Source: the human T2T-CHM13v2.0 reference genome, Homo sapiens
Assembly (NCBI RefSeq): GCF_009914755.1
Contig: NC_060931.1
Length of the DNA: 64,000 nucleotides
Strand: one strand, 5' to 3'
Shown: piece after piece, positions 23,181-45,143 of the stretch
Numbering within the stretch: the stretch's first letter is position 1
Layout of the letters: each line of letters begins with the position of its first letter
Translations under genes and position numbers: made by a program
The notes under the pieces: model-generated
The model's database searches: none
The model's input: only the letters and a program-made list of their open reading frames with translations
What the model was told of the DNA's origin: nothing

Positions 23181-23319
23181 CCATAATTTTTTTTTTTTCT
23201 TCCTGGATGAGAGAAGCCAGAGAGCCAGAAAACAAGCTAGGGCCTGCAGAGAATTCTAAGGAGGGCTTCTCTTCAGGGAAGACGGAGGAACTGCAGACCA
23301 GGGCCTGACAGTTCAACAG

Positions 23320-23640
23320 CGGCCGAAGAGGCAGGCTTCATTAAAAGATAATTGACCAGGGAGAGCAGTCCGGTGCCTCAAGGTGAGGCACAGAGCACTT
23401 TTCCATATCAATAAGGTCAATTATCAGAGGATGTCGGTCTCCTTGGTGCGGCCATTAACCTATATTGCGCTTATTAACCTTTCTGATGAAGAATCTTTCA
23501 GAAATAATTACATTAAAGCACAAATCTCTGCAAGTTTAAAATATGTGAATGTTCCATTTCGGTATTCCCGTGTCACGAGATAATGAACGATAGCCAGCGA
23601 CCACAATGAGGCTTTTCATCAGAGCCTTTTGCCTTGCTCT
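23320..23640. promoter_or_regulatory. Candidate conserved non-coding element / enhancer
   Basis: repeat-free, clustered TAAT/ATTA and GATA cores, AAGGTCA half-site, more retained CpG than surrounding unique DNA; function inferred only. Confidence 0.4.
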
Positions 23641-23781
23641 GCTGCAGGACCAGGGCCAGTCCTGGAGGCTCAAGGAGATCCCTATACAGAGGGCTTTAGG
23701 GCTGGAAAGGCAGAAGTGGGCTTGAAGATAAGGGGTCAGACTTCTTTGTAGAGGAAATAGCCACCCACTTGGTGTGCGTGA

Positions 23782-24465
<684 letters not shown>

Positions 24466-24629
24466 TGAAATTATATTTTATACTCTGGTCCTGCCATGAG
24501 ATATCAGATGTCAAGAGAAAGTCCTGAAAGAGGGGATGAACCGGTTACTCAGACCGAGATCACGCCACTGCACTCCAGCCTGGGCGACAGAGTGAGACTC
24601 CTCCTCAAAAAAAAAAAAAAAAAAAAAAG

Positions 24630-25645
<1,016 letters not shown>

Positions 25646-25979
25646 AGCCAAATACTCTCTCCACTTTTACAGGGCAAACAGCAAGCCAAAATGAAGAACC
25701 TGCCTATCAAAGTGGCAATCTAGCCTAGGTGGTGGGGACACAGGCTCCAGAGTTATCCAGCCGGAGCTTGCTTTTAACTCTACCATTCCCTAATTACAGA
25801 GTCTCAGAAAAAAAAAAGTTGCTTCATTTCTTCTGTGCCTTACTTTCTTCGTTGCTAATATAGGGCGGTTGTGAAGATTGAATGAGTTAACACAAGGGAG
25901 GCTTCGTTAGGTTTATGCCCGATACATAGCAAAGACTAAATGAGCATAGAAAGAACAGATGAAGAAAGATACAGACTGA

Positions 25980-26600
<621 letters not shown>

Positions 26601-26840
26601 AAAGAAAGAAAGATACACGCTGGACTAGAGAGAACACAAGCCCACCAGCCAGTGCTTTCTCAAATGCAGAAGGAGAACATGGATCTACTTTTCCCTGTGT
26701 GTGTTAAAGTCCTAACACGTTAGGAACAAAGTGATCAAATGGAAAAACAACACATGCCTTGGGGAGTTGTAAGGATTAGATGTAGGCTGTGGTGACAAAC
26801 ACAGATGCCTTCAGGGGCCCGGCAGGCAACCATATAGAAC

Positions 26841-27027
26841 CGCTATTCTCAAACTTGAATATGTACCAGCAGCCCTGGAGAACCTGTTAAAATATTTTGG
26901 CTGCTCCCAACTCCCACCACCCAGAGATTCTGATTCAGTAGCTGAGGCCTTGGAGTAAGCACGTCTAACAATTCCCAGGTGATTGCTGCATGCTGCTGGT
27001 CTTCTGACCACACTTCAAAAACCACTG
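26841..27027 (+). mobile_element. MER5A hAT-Charlie MITE
   Basis: ttctcaaacttg...cccagagattctgattcagtag...ccacactt..aaaccactg. Confidence 0.8.
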
Positions 27028-27028
27028 G

Positions 27029-27345
27029 CCTAGCCCAGGCGTGGTGGCTTATGTCTGTAATCCCAGCGCTTCGGGAAGCTGAGACAGGAGGATCCCTTGA
27101 GCCCAGGAGTTTGGGAGCAGCCTGGGTGACACAGCAAGACTCTGTCTCTACAAAAAAACTAAAATTAGCCAGACGTGGTGGCGCACACCTGTACCAGCCC
27201 CAGCTACCGAGGAGGCTAAGGCAGAAGGATTGCTCGAGCCCAGGAGTTCAAGGCTGCAGTGAGCTACGATGGTTGCACTGCACTCCAGCCTGGGCAACAG
27301 AGCAAGAGCCTGTCTCAAAAACAAAGCCAAACAAAACAAAAAAAT
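27029..27345 (+). mobile_element. Alu (J-type)
   Basis: full dimer. Confidence 0.9.
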
Positions 27346-27449
27346 ACTGGCCTAGCTGGGAGAGGTAGAATTGGTAGCAAATTGGATATCACCACACGGG
27401 AACATGGCCTCTGAGCCATCAAATCTTCAGATGTTTAAAAGAAAAAGCC

Positions 27450-27975
27450 TTTTTTTTTCTTAACTTTTATTTTAGGTTCCGGAGTACATGCGAAGGTTTA
27501 TAGGTAAACTCATGTCACAGGGTTTATTGTACAGATTATTTCACCACCCAGGTATTAAGCCCAGTACCCAATAGTTATTTTTCTGCTCCTCTCCCTCCTC
27601 TACCCTCTATCCACCCTCAGGTAGACCCCAGTATCTGTTGTTTCTTTCTTGGGTTCGTATGTTCTCATCATTTAGCTCCCACTTATAAGTGAGAACATGC
27701 GGTATTTCAGTTTCTGTTCCTGCATTAGTTTGCTAAGGATAATAGCCTCCAGCTCCATCCATGTTCCCACAAAATACATTATTTCATTCTTTTTTATGGC
27801 TGCATAATATTCCATGGTGTATATGTACCACATTTCCTTTGTCCAATCTATCGTTGGTGGGTGGTTAGGTTGATTCCATGTCTTTGCTATTGTGAGTAGT
27901 GCTGCAGTGAACATTCACACGCATGTGTCTTTATGGAAGAATGATTTATACACCTCTGGGTATATACCCAGTCAT
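27450..27975 (-). mobile_element. L1PA/PB 3' end, 5'-truncated
   Basis: ORF 27672-27914 FTAALLTIAKTWNQP...WYIYTMEYYAAIKK is the L1 ORF2p C-terminus. Confidence 0.9.
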
Positions 27976-28969
27976 GGGGAGAGAGGTCTTAAATTTGGAA
28001 CTCGATGTGAAACACCTTGATGTCTAAAACGCTGTGCAGCCCAAACCGAACCTGGCTGCCCTTGTGTGTCTTCTGGTACAGCAACATGGTCTGAGCAGCC
28101 TCCTAAAAGTCACCAGGCCAGGGCAGACGATGACACAGCAATGGCCATGACTGCAAGGTAGGAACAGGGTGAGAACCAGGAGAAAGGGAGGGTAAGTGGG
28201 GAGGCTGACCATTTTTGGGATGCATGTGCTTTGCTGCTGTTGTAATGTTAGAAAAGTAGAACAGCTTGTGTTTTTGACTGAATTTAGAAGCTACTCTCTT
28301 AAAATCAGTATGTAAATGTGATGGGGGGGGGGTTTCCTTAAAGCTGCAGGTAACATTTTAATAAAAAGAAAAAGAGGAAAGGTGGGGAGCCAGAGATCAT
28401 TCAGAGAGAAAAAGGGATTGGGGGAAGTGGGTTGGCATCTCCAACCATAACACACCTGTTAGCTTTCAAATGTGAATATCTGGGACACCCATGTTAAGAA
28501 GCCAAGTTGCACTAAAATAAAATAAAATTTAATTTCTTTTCTTCTGTTTTTTTTTCTCTTTCTTAAAAAGACTTTCTGAAAACCAGCGAATATGAGAGTC
28601 TCAAAAACACTCCCTGGAAATCCTGAAGCTGTTTTTCATCTGTACGTGTTTCCATGGATAACATTTGCAGATGAAATTCTCTAATTATTTGTAATATTAA
28701 TTAAATAGGGAGTACACATTTGATTTCCACTGGAATCTTTTTATCAAGCCGACATAACAAGGCTTTTAAAATGATGATCTAATTGTCCCGTGTTTTCATG
28801 AGAATTATTATCCTTATGAAAATCAAGGTCATTGTGGTTTTCATACCAGACATAAAAATTAATACTTTTTCAAAATGAATGTTCAGAAAGGAGAATTTGT
28901 TCACATTACTAATAAATTTATTCAGATAGGTAAAGATCTCTATTATGTGGTTTTTTTTAATTTTCATAA

Positions 28970-29317
<348 letters not shown>

Positions 29318-29411
29318 CTACTTACCTTTCTAGTTGAACAATTTGACTGAAATTAATCCTAAACCAAATAAATTCATAGTCCAAACTACGTATTTTTAAA
29401 TGGGAGGAGAG

Positions 29412-30040
<629 letters not shown>

Positions 30041-30389
30041 TTTATGCTTTTTGTTATCAGCTTGGTTTGAAGATGGAGACATACATCTTACAACTTTCCC
30101 TTGGGGCCTCAATTTCTTTCAGAAGTGGGACTGAAAGCAGACACAAAGAACAATGTCCCGAACCCTAACCAGGGAGTTCTTTGTAAAACAAGCCAAAGGT
30201 TCTAAATATCTAGTACCCATTAGCTTGAGGAGATTGCAAATGATCTGTCCTCCAGCTATTAGGGAAACATTGCATTGTGAAATAAACAATTATACTCACT
30301 ACCTCTTGGCAGAAACAAGAGTTTGTCCAAACTCAACCAGTTCGTCATCACGAACACACTTGGGTTGTGTGTGTTGTGCTAAGAGATGA

Positions 30390-30752
<363 letters not shown>

Positions 30753-31269
30753 CGAGTCCCTGACTCTCAAATTGGCCTTAAAACTTAAGGCCTGCCTTTG
30801 AACCCTGCCCCTGCTCTTGTCTCACTGTCTTTTTAATCATGGGCATCTACTGCTATGACCATATACTAATTTTGAGCCCCTTCCCACCTATTCAACTGAT
30901 ACATGTGAGGTTGTATTTTAATCTCTGATTCACTTAATTACCTATGCTGTGCTCAAGAGCCAAGCCCACAATTACTGTTTCCATGGGAATAAGATTCACG
31001 GTGTCTTTTCCCTCCCCCTCCATGTTTATTTTAATGCCACCTTCATCAGCTCTCCTGGGCATTCCCATCTTTATGGAATGCTCTCCCTGCCAAACCAAGA
31101 GGCCCTCAGAATGGGCCATAAGCCCAAATCGTTGCCATGGCCACCATATGCCTAGGTAGTACCCATGGCCTCTTTTTTCCTCAGGGCTCAATTATCTGCG
31201 AAAGAACCCTTGAAAATACCACCTCCTGGCCCTCAGCTTTCCACCTGAGAAGGACATCATGGTTGGTTG

Positions 31270-31565
31270 ATTTTTTTGTTTGTTTTGAGACAAGGTCTTG
31301 TTCTGTCGTCCAGGCTGGAGTGCAGTGTGGTGACCTCTCTGCTCACTGCAACCTCCGTCTCTTGGGCTCAAGTGATCCTCCTGCCTCCCAAGTAACTGGG
31401 ACTACAGGTGTGCACCACCACACCTGGCTAATTTTTGTATTTTTAGTAGAGACAGTGTTTTGCATTGTTGCTCAGGCTGGTCTTGAACTCCTGAGCTGAA
31501 GCGATCCGCCTGCCTCAGCCTCCAAAAGTACTGGAATCACAGGCTTGAGCCACCATGCCCTGCCA
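31270..31565 (-). mobile_element. Alu
   Basis: TSD gacatcatggtt. Confidence 0.9.
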
Positions 31566-31852
31566 GACATCATGGTTCCTAACAATGCTTCTGCCCTCTT
31601 CCAACACAGATTTTAACAACCAGTGCTCATAGTGCAAGATAGTAGATGTCATTGAGTGGCAGAAATAATCAAGATCCAAGAATGTCAGTGGGTGAAGCCA
31701 TCTTGGTTAACTCCAACATTCAGCAAAAGCTTAGAGATGGAGAAGTAACTGATACTGAGCCTCAAAGAGTACAATTTAGTGGAACACGAAGGTGGGAAAT
31801 GTCCAGGTTCCCTATTTTTACAGACAAGGAGACTAAAGTCTAAAGAGGTACA

Positions 31853-32155
31853 GGCCAGGCGTGGTGGCTCACGCCTGCAATCCCAGCGCTTTGGGAGGCC
31901 GAGCAGGTGGATCACCTGAGGTCAGGAGTTCAAGACCAGCCTGGCCAACAAGGTGAAACCCCATCTCTACAAAAATACAGAAATCTGCTGGACATGATGG
32001 TGGGTGTCTGTAATTCCAGCTACTCAGGAGGCTAAGGCAGGAGAATTGCTTGAACTCAGGAGGCAGAGGTTGCAGTGAGTCGAGGTCATACCATTACACT
32101 CCAGCCTGGGCAACAGAGCAAGATTCCATCTCAAAAATAAGTAAATAAATAAATA
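31853..32155 (+). mobile_element. Alu
   Basis: full dimer. Confidence 0.95.
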
Positions 32156-33195
32156 GGTACAAAACAGGCATGGCGCTCCTCCTACTTGCACCAATTACAA
32201 TCATGGAAGGGCAACTGTAGCCTCCCTCTCTGTACTTACTCATCAGCAAAATGAGGAAAGCAACAATTGCCCCGTAGGGTCATTGTGCACAGAAGACTCC
32301 TTCTCTACCCTAGTGAAGGATATCTCAAGAGCTCTCTGCGTGAAGGAGATGCTTGCAAAGACAGTTCCCTTCCCACCTGCTCACTTTTAACGAGGCATAA
32401 CAAGCAGCAGAAAGACCATCTCTGAGAAGTCAGTCGACTTCTAAGACTAAATCACGGATCTATCACTTACCTATGACTTACCAAGACATTTCACCTTTCT
32501 GAGCGGCAACTCCCTTGCCTAGCAATGAGAAAAGCAGGGTTCATGTCACTTAGTTGACACACAGCCCCAGCACAGCACAGGCACCTGACAAATGTTTTAT
32601 TCCTTTTTTGCTTGAGTTCTCACCCTGACTCTGTTATGTATCTCTGTGTAACCTTGGAAGAATTATATAACCTTTCTAGGGCTGAATTTCTCTACCCGTA
32701 AAACTAGGGGATTTAACAAGATCCTTTTTGAATTTCCTTCCAACTCTAACATTCCATGACTTTGAGCCACCCAAGGGATATGGTAATGGGTTACATTACA
32801 CAAAAGACTTGGATGTAATATTATAAGCTGTAACACAGGCTTCCAGCAAACTCTCCCACTCTCCCCAGCAGAATTCCCCATTGTTCTGAGTGTAATGAAT
32901 AATCCAATACAACACATGCTCTATCTGTGCCCTGCTCGTGTCCATGGGATCTCACACTTGGGGCCAGCCAGAGGCAACACTGTAAAGCTAGAGAAGCATG
33001 CTGTCAACAACCCTCTTCTCCTAGCAATGGCCCCTGTCCACTTACCTTGGCGTCACCTACCAGGGTCAATACTGCATACTCTAATTACTTTCAGCTCCTT
33101 TCATTCCATTTCTTTGAGACCCAATGTGCCTTCTGTCAATCTTATGAAATGATTCATTTAAGCACATATGACTTGCTTTAAGTATAGAAAGGTGT

Positions 33196-36190
<2,995 letters not shown>

Positions 36191-36198
36191 ATGTTACC

Positions 36199-36995
<797 letters not shown>

Positions 36996-37081
36996 GGAGC
37001 AAAAGAAGAATTGATATTGATCTTTCTTGCTTTAAATACTTGTTTACATTGTTTCCCTGTAAACCTCTCTTCTCTCTTCCC

Positions 37082-37175
37082 TTTTGACTTCAGTACACTT
37101 TGATAAACTCTTAGCAAAAACTGTTGGGGGAATCTGTTTCCCCTAAGAGTTTATCAGAGTGTACTGAAGTCAAAA
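37082..37175. repeat. Inverted repeat, 33-bp arms with 1 mismatch, 28-nt spacer
   Basis: ttttgacttcagtacactttgataaactcttag / ctaagagtttatcagagtgtactgaagtcaaaa. Confidence 0.95.
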
Positions 37176-37192
37176 CGTCTTTGGCATACATG

Positions 37193-37194
<2 letters not shown>

Positions 37195-37276
<82 letters not shown>
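37195..37276. repeat. (TG)n(AG)n compound microsatellite
   Basis: direct reading. Confidence 0.95.
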
Positions 37277-37637
37277 TAAATTAATAGAAAGGCTAAATCT
37301 TAAGTAGAAAGGTAATCCTCACAGGCCCAGATTGCAGAGACTGAAAGGACCAGGAGAGTCTGAGTCTTAGAGAAGATACAGAAATTGAGGGGAAGTTTTG
37401 GTTTGCTCCAGGCTGGAAGTGGGAGTGTGAGGCACCCTTCTCCAGACCTCAGGGATCAGAGAGGCCACACTGACAGCCCAGTGACATTGGAAGGCTTCAG
37501 ATTGTCATGGTTAATCACAGCCATGCTTTGCAATCCCAGTCATTCTGGAGAACAAATCGGAGTCAGGAAAAGGGCACTGCATGAACTAGAAATGGACAGA
37601 TAAGGTCTCCAGTCCGAGCTCCTCCATGAACACTGGC

Positions 37638-38149
37638 CGCTGAGACAAGCTCAGTCGGGGAGACCCTAACCCAGCGGCGCTAGAGGAATTAAAGACACAC
37701 ACACAGAAATATAGAGGTGTGGAGTGGGAAATCAGGGGTCTCACAGCCTTCAGAGCTGAGAGCCTCAAACAGAGATTTACCCACGCATTTATTGATAGCA
37801 AGCCAGTGATAAGCATTGTTTCTACAGATTACAGATTAACTAAAAGTATTCCTTGCGGGAAACAAAGGGATGGGCCCAAATAAAGGGATGGGTCTGGCTA
37901 GTTATCTGCAGCAAGAGCATGTCCTTAAGGCACAGCTCGCTCATGCTCTTGTTTGTGGTTTAAGACTGCCTTTAAGTGGTTTTCCACCCTGGGTGGGCCA
38001 GGTGTTCCTTGCCCTCATTCCAGTAAACCCACAACCTTCCAACGTGGGCATCATGACCATCACGAACATGTCACAGTGCTGCAGAGATTTTGTTTATGGC
38101 CAGTTTTGGGGCCAGTTTATGGCCAGATTTTGGGGGCCTATTCCCAACA
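37638..38149 (-). mobile_element. MER9 solo LTR (HERV-K HML-3)
   Basis: reverse strand begins tgttgggaataggcccccaaaatctggccataaactggcc; about 510 bp; TSD ctggc. Confidence 0.9.
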
Positions 38150-38165
38150 CTGGCTTTGACCTTGA

Positions 38166-38550
<385 letters not shown>

Positions 38551-39399
38551 TTATTTGACACTTGCAAAAGAAAAGCATCGTTTGCAGTCGGCCGGTTTCC
38601 CAACCACACGTATTATTGAAACATAGCAGGTGTAGAGCATCCTGCGGAAGCACAGGGCTTCCTTTATTTCAGAGGTTACCCAGTAGCAAATGCCAGCCCC
38701 ACCTCCCCTGAGGGCTGATCAAGCTTCCATACTTTCTTTACCTTGGGCTGACTGCAGCAAGCAATTACCTGCGCAGAGCAGTCAGGGAAGAACACGAAGC
38801 AGCTGTCTGCTGGGCTCAGAACAGCGGCAACCACATAAGCATTGTGCATGGTGAAATAATCTTCACTGACTTTCATTAATCTCTTCAGGGCCCTCAGAGG
38901 TCAGAGATGTTTAAACAGCGGGGGAGGTTGAACTTGCTCACTAGGCCGGCTCAGCTAATCTACTCCCCAAGGACTTCTGGCTTCCTCAGTCATGGCCAAA
39001 CCACCAGGTGAGCAAGAGGTGAATGGCAAGGTGTGCAAATATTTGGCTTCATCCATGATCAAATAAATCATTTTTCCTTTCCCTGAGCTCTAGGAAAACC
39101 CAGGAAAGCTCCCGGACCTGCCCAGGAGCAGAGCCCAGAAGCAGAGATTTATGCACAAAAGGCACACCCTGCTTAAAGGAAATGCAAGCCTGTAAAGAAA
39201 ATCTAAAGAAAGTCCATTTTTACACACACACAAATTATGGCAGGGATTTCAAAACTTCACTTTTCCAGCAACATACCTTCTCAAAGCATGTGAACCTGTA
39301 CATAGGAGTAGGTAATATTATGGACGGGAATAAAATATCTTTGCATGATGAGTTAAAATGAGGTTCAGTTTTCAAAACCTCTTTCCCACAATTATCGTG

Positions 39400-39692
39400 G
39401 ATTTTGTTCGTTTGTCTGAGACGGAGTCTCACTCTGTCACCCAGGCTGGAGTGCAGTGGCGGGATCTCAGCTCACTGCAACCTCTGCCTCTGGGTTCAAG
39501 CAATTCTCCTACCTCTGCCTCCTAAGTAGCTGGGATTACAGGCGCACACCACCACTCACGGCTAATTTTTGTATTTTTAGTAGGGGTTTCCTCATGTTGG
39601 CCAGTCTGGTCTCAAACTTCTGACCTCAAATGAGCCACCTGTCTCGGCCTCCTAAAGTGTTGGGATTATAAGAGTGAGCCACCGCACTCGAT
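39400..39692 (-). mobile_element. Alu
   Basis: full dimer. Confidence 0.95.
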
Positions 39693-39771
39693 CAGGATTT
39701 TATTTTAAGTTTACAATGTTTTCCAGAAATTCCTGAGTCCTGAACCTAGTGGTAGTTGGGACAGTATTTAG

Positions 39772-41487
<1,716 letters not shown>

Positions 41488-41984
41488 TTACACCTTCATC
41501 TCCTTCATCTCTGCCTCTCAGTGTAACCGCCTGCACACCTCCAAGACCTTTTTCCAGAAAGAATTGCTCATCTGTCATTCTGGAAATCTGGGCAAACACA
41601 GAGCCAGCAGCAGACAGGAGGGGCCCAAGTGGCTGGGTTTTCCAGCTGTGATCTTTCCCAAGGCAAACCAATCTGCATCACCAACACCCACTCAACAATC
41701 CTACTTTCCAATACTTCTCCGTTAGAAGGGACTCTGGGTATGGTAACTTGCATCAGTAGATATTAAACCACACTACACTATGCTACATTAGGGGCAATTC
41801 ACAAGCTGCTGGACATCCAGAGATGGTTCAACATGATGCCTGCCCTCAAGAAATCCCAGTAGAGAATTAGAGGTGCTGTGGTCAGTGTATTAGAATAATA
41901 ACAAGGGGAATAACAGCAGCTAAACTTAGAAGGCTTACCAAGGATCAGATGCCATAACAAATTACAATTTCCAAACGTTACAAT

Positions 41985-42440
41985 TTCCAAACTGCTTTAC
42001 ACGTATTACCTAATTCATTCTTCATAATAACCCTATGCAGAAGGTACCACAATGCCTGTATTTTACAGTTTTTCTATATTTTATATTGACACAAAAAGGT
42101 TCACTCATTTCCCAAGGTCACAATAAATGGCTGTATTGGAGTTGCTTCCTCACTGTCCCCAGTGCTCAACCACCAATTCGTAAATGTACCCTGGAATCCA
42201 TCCACTTCTTTCCATTCCTTCTGCCTCTATCCCAGTTCATAACACCATCAAAACCCAGGCTGTCTAATTCCCAAAGCCAGCTCTGTAAATGTGACTGACT
42301 TCTGCCTCATGGTCCAATATGGATAGTTGGGGTTCCACCCATCACATCTGCATCCTAGGCAGCAGGAAGGAGAACATGGCAGAGAATAAAGACTCAGGCT
42401 GTCTAATTCCAAAAGCCAGCTCTATAACTCTGTGCACTGA
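41985..42440 (-). mobile_element. MIR carrying two inverted templated insertions
   Basis: tgctttacacgtattacctaatt...cccaaggtcaca, resuming at aacccaggctgtct. Confidence 0.65.
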
Positions 42441-42567
42441 GTTCTGGACGCTCAAAGCATCCCAAATGTGTCTGTGAAAGTACCTTGGGATCAGTTTGCA
42501 AGCCTCTCACAGAGTCTACAGTAGGAAAAGTAGCAAAAGGCTTCCTGGGAGGCACATCAATCTATCA

Positions 42568-42885
<318 letters not shown>

Positions 42886-43089
42886 TGAGTTTTCATTCTG
42901 GAGGTGCCACTTACTATATAACCTATGCCTCAAGTCCCCAAATATGTAAAGTAAGAGCAGACACAGTTCTCATATCCTGGAGTCCTGGAGAAGAATGAAA
43001 TGAGATCATCCATATAAATAGCTAAGCACTCTGCCATGCATATAGTACACACTCAGTAAATGCTTAGCTTAGGAAAAAATAGAAAGTGA

Positions 43090-43720
43090 CTTTTACAGGA
43101 AGACCTGCAGAATAAATAGTAGGCATGAGTTAGGCAAAGAGAAGAAAGAAAAAACAAGTGATGATGTCCAGAGACAAGAGGAAGCAAAGGTTTAAAAGAG
43201 GCAGGTGAAGAGATGACAGGAGAGAGACAGCGAAGGCTATTTGGGTGGACAGGACATCTTCAGGGGCATAGCAGGGGAAGCCAATGAGAAAGGATCCTGT
43301 TTTAAGCACAAATTGAAGATATTGTCCTCTGTTTAAGCAGGAAACATTCAGGATCAGTTTCTTTTTTTCCCACACCCCCTCCCAGGAATCCAAAGCCAGA
43401 GCTGATGGTGGTGAGATTAGGATAGAGGCAGAAGTGACAGAAAGAAGTAAATCGATTCCAGGATGCATCCAGGACTAGGACTTGGTGATTGAGTGCTGAG
43501 AAGAGGGAGGAAGAATCTCCATGACAACCAGGCTTCAGTTTGGGCAAAAGGTAAATGGAGGTGCCAGTCCCTGAAATAGGGGGCTCAGGGAAGAAGCATG
43601 GTGAGGGAGTTTCTGGGGTACCTATGAGACATTCCAAACCATCCTCTAGGCACTGAGAGACACCAGGCTATATCTCAGCAGAGGAGTCTGGACTGGCAGT
43701 TTGGAAATTGTAATAGATTT
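43090..43720 (-). mobile_element. L2 relic
   Basis: antisense L2-like motifs (ggacttggtgattga, aaatggaggtgcca...gaaatagg). Confidence 0.6.
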
Positions 43721-44170
43721 ATGGGAATTGCCTGTCCCTACATCTTTTCTTTCTTCCATCTCAGAAACAGAACCCCAACTTTTTCAGGGCAGCCTTAAAC
43801 ATGACTATACAACTACATTTCCCAGCCTAAGATTTGGTGAGATAGAACAAAAATGTAGTGAGGGAACTCTACGAAGGCTTCTTAAAAGGGAATTATTTGC
43901 CTTGTTCTCATTTCTGCTGCCCAGGATGCAGATGTGATGGCTGGAACCCCAGCTACTCATATTGGGCCACGAGGTAGAAGTCGGGCTCTGAGTCCATTGG
44001 GGCAGAAGAATGGGTACTTGAGTCCCCAGGGGGGCATTGTGGAGTCAACAGCAGCCCTTAATCACCCACCTCTAGAACTCAGTGACATGAGAGAGAACAA
44101 CACTCCTTCCTTTTAGCCACTAGAAGTTGATAGTTTTCTATGTTGTCTAATCTAATCCTTCCACTACAGA
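43721..44170 (+). mobile_element. MaLR LTR, MLT1J/K-type
   Basis: actacatttcccagcc...gatgcagatgtgatggctggaa...catgagagagaa. Confidence 0.7.
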
Positions 44171-44534
44171 TATCATCCACCTATCAAAGTGATGGGAAAC
44201 TTGAGATTGAGGATTGGAGAGGAGCTGGGAAGAGAAGAAGGGACTGTATTGTCTGTATTTAAGAAATGACAAAAAGTTAACTGTAAAAGAGAAGAGATGG
44301 CACAAAGAGGAGATTTTTGAGAATTAAGAGGGCTGATGTCCAAGGAGAGGTAGAACAGGATGTAGGGAGGGGTAGCCTGGACAAATTCTCTGAGCCAGAG
44401 AGTTTGCTGTGACTTCCTGTGCAGAGGGAATGAGCAAAGAAGGAGGCTTGATAGAGACCCCAGAAATAAGGGGTTCAGGTCCCCATGTGCCAAATACTTC
44501 AATGTTAGGCAGTCCTGATCATTAGAAACCTTTT

Positions 44535-44845
44535 TCTTCTTCTTCCTCTTCTTTTTTTTTTTTTTTGAGATGAAGTCTTACTCGGTCCCCCAGGCTGGAG
44601 TGCAGTGGTGCAATCTCGGCCCACTGCAACCTCACCTCCTAGGTTCAAGCGATTCTCCTGCCTCAGTCTCCTGAGTAGCTGGGATTACAGGTGCACACCA
44701 CCACACCTGGCTTTTTGTCTTTTTAGTAACGATGGGATTTCACCATGTTGGCCAGGCTGGTCTCAAACTCCTGACCTCAAGTGATCCACCCGCCTCAGCC
44801 TCCCACAGTGCTGGGATGACAGGCATGAGCCACCGTGCCCAGTCC
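44535..44845 (-). mobile_element. Alu
   Basis: full dimer. Confidence 0.95.
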
Positions 44846-45143
44846 CCTTTTCTTCTATGAAGATGAAATACACCTTCCTTTGATTTCTACTCACAGCCTC
44901 CTGAGGATGCACTGAATAAAATCTGCACCGTCATCTCCAGGACAGCCCTTCTAAACTTAGAAGAAAACATTCTTGTTCTGCTTCCCTCCCAGAGGAAGAC
45001 TCATTAATTAACTCTCAAATACTCATCATACTACTGGAATTCCTGAGCCTTCACAATGCTGGTTACCCCTTTTCTAATTGGACTTCATCTTGTTTACATC
45101 CTCCTTTAGCAAAATCTAAAGCAGGTTGGTCAGCCCCACAGAC

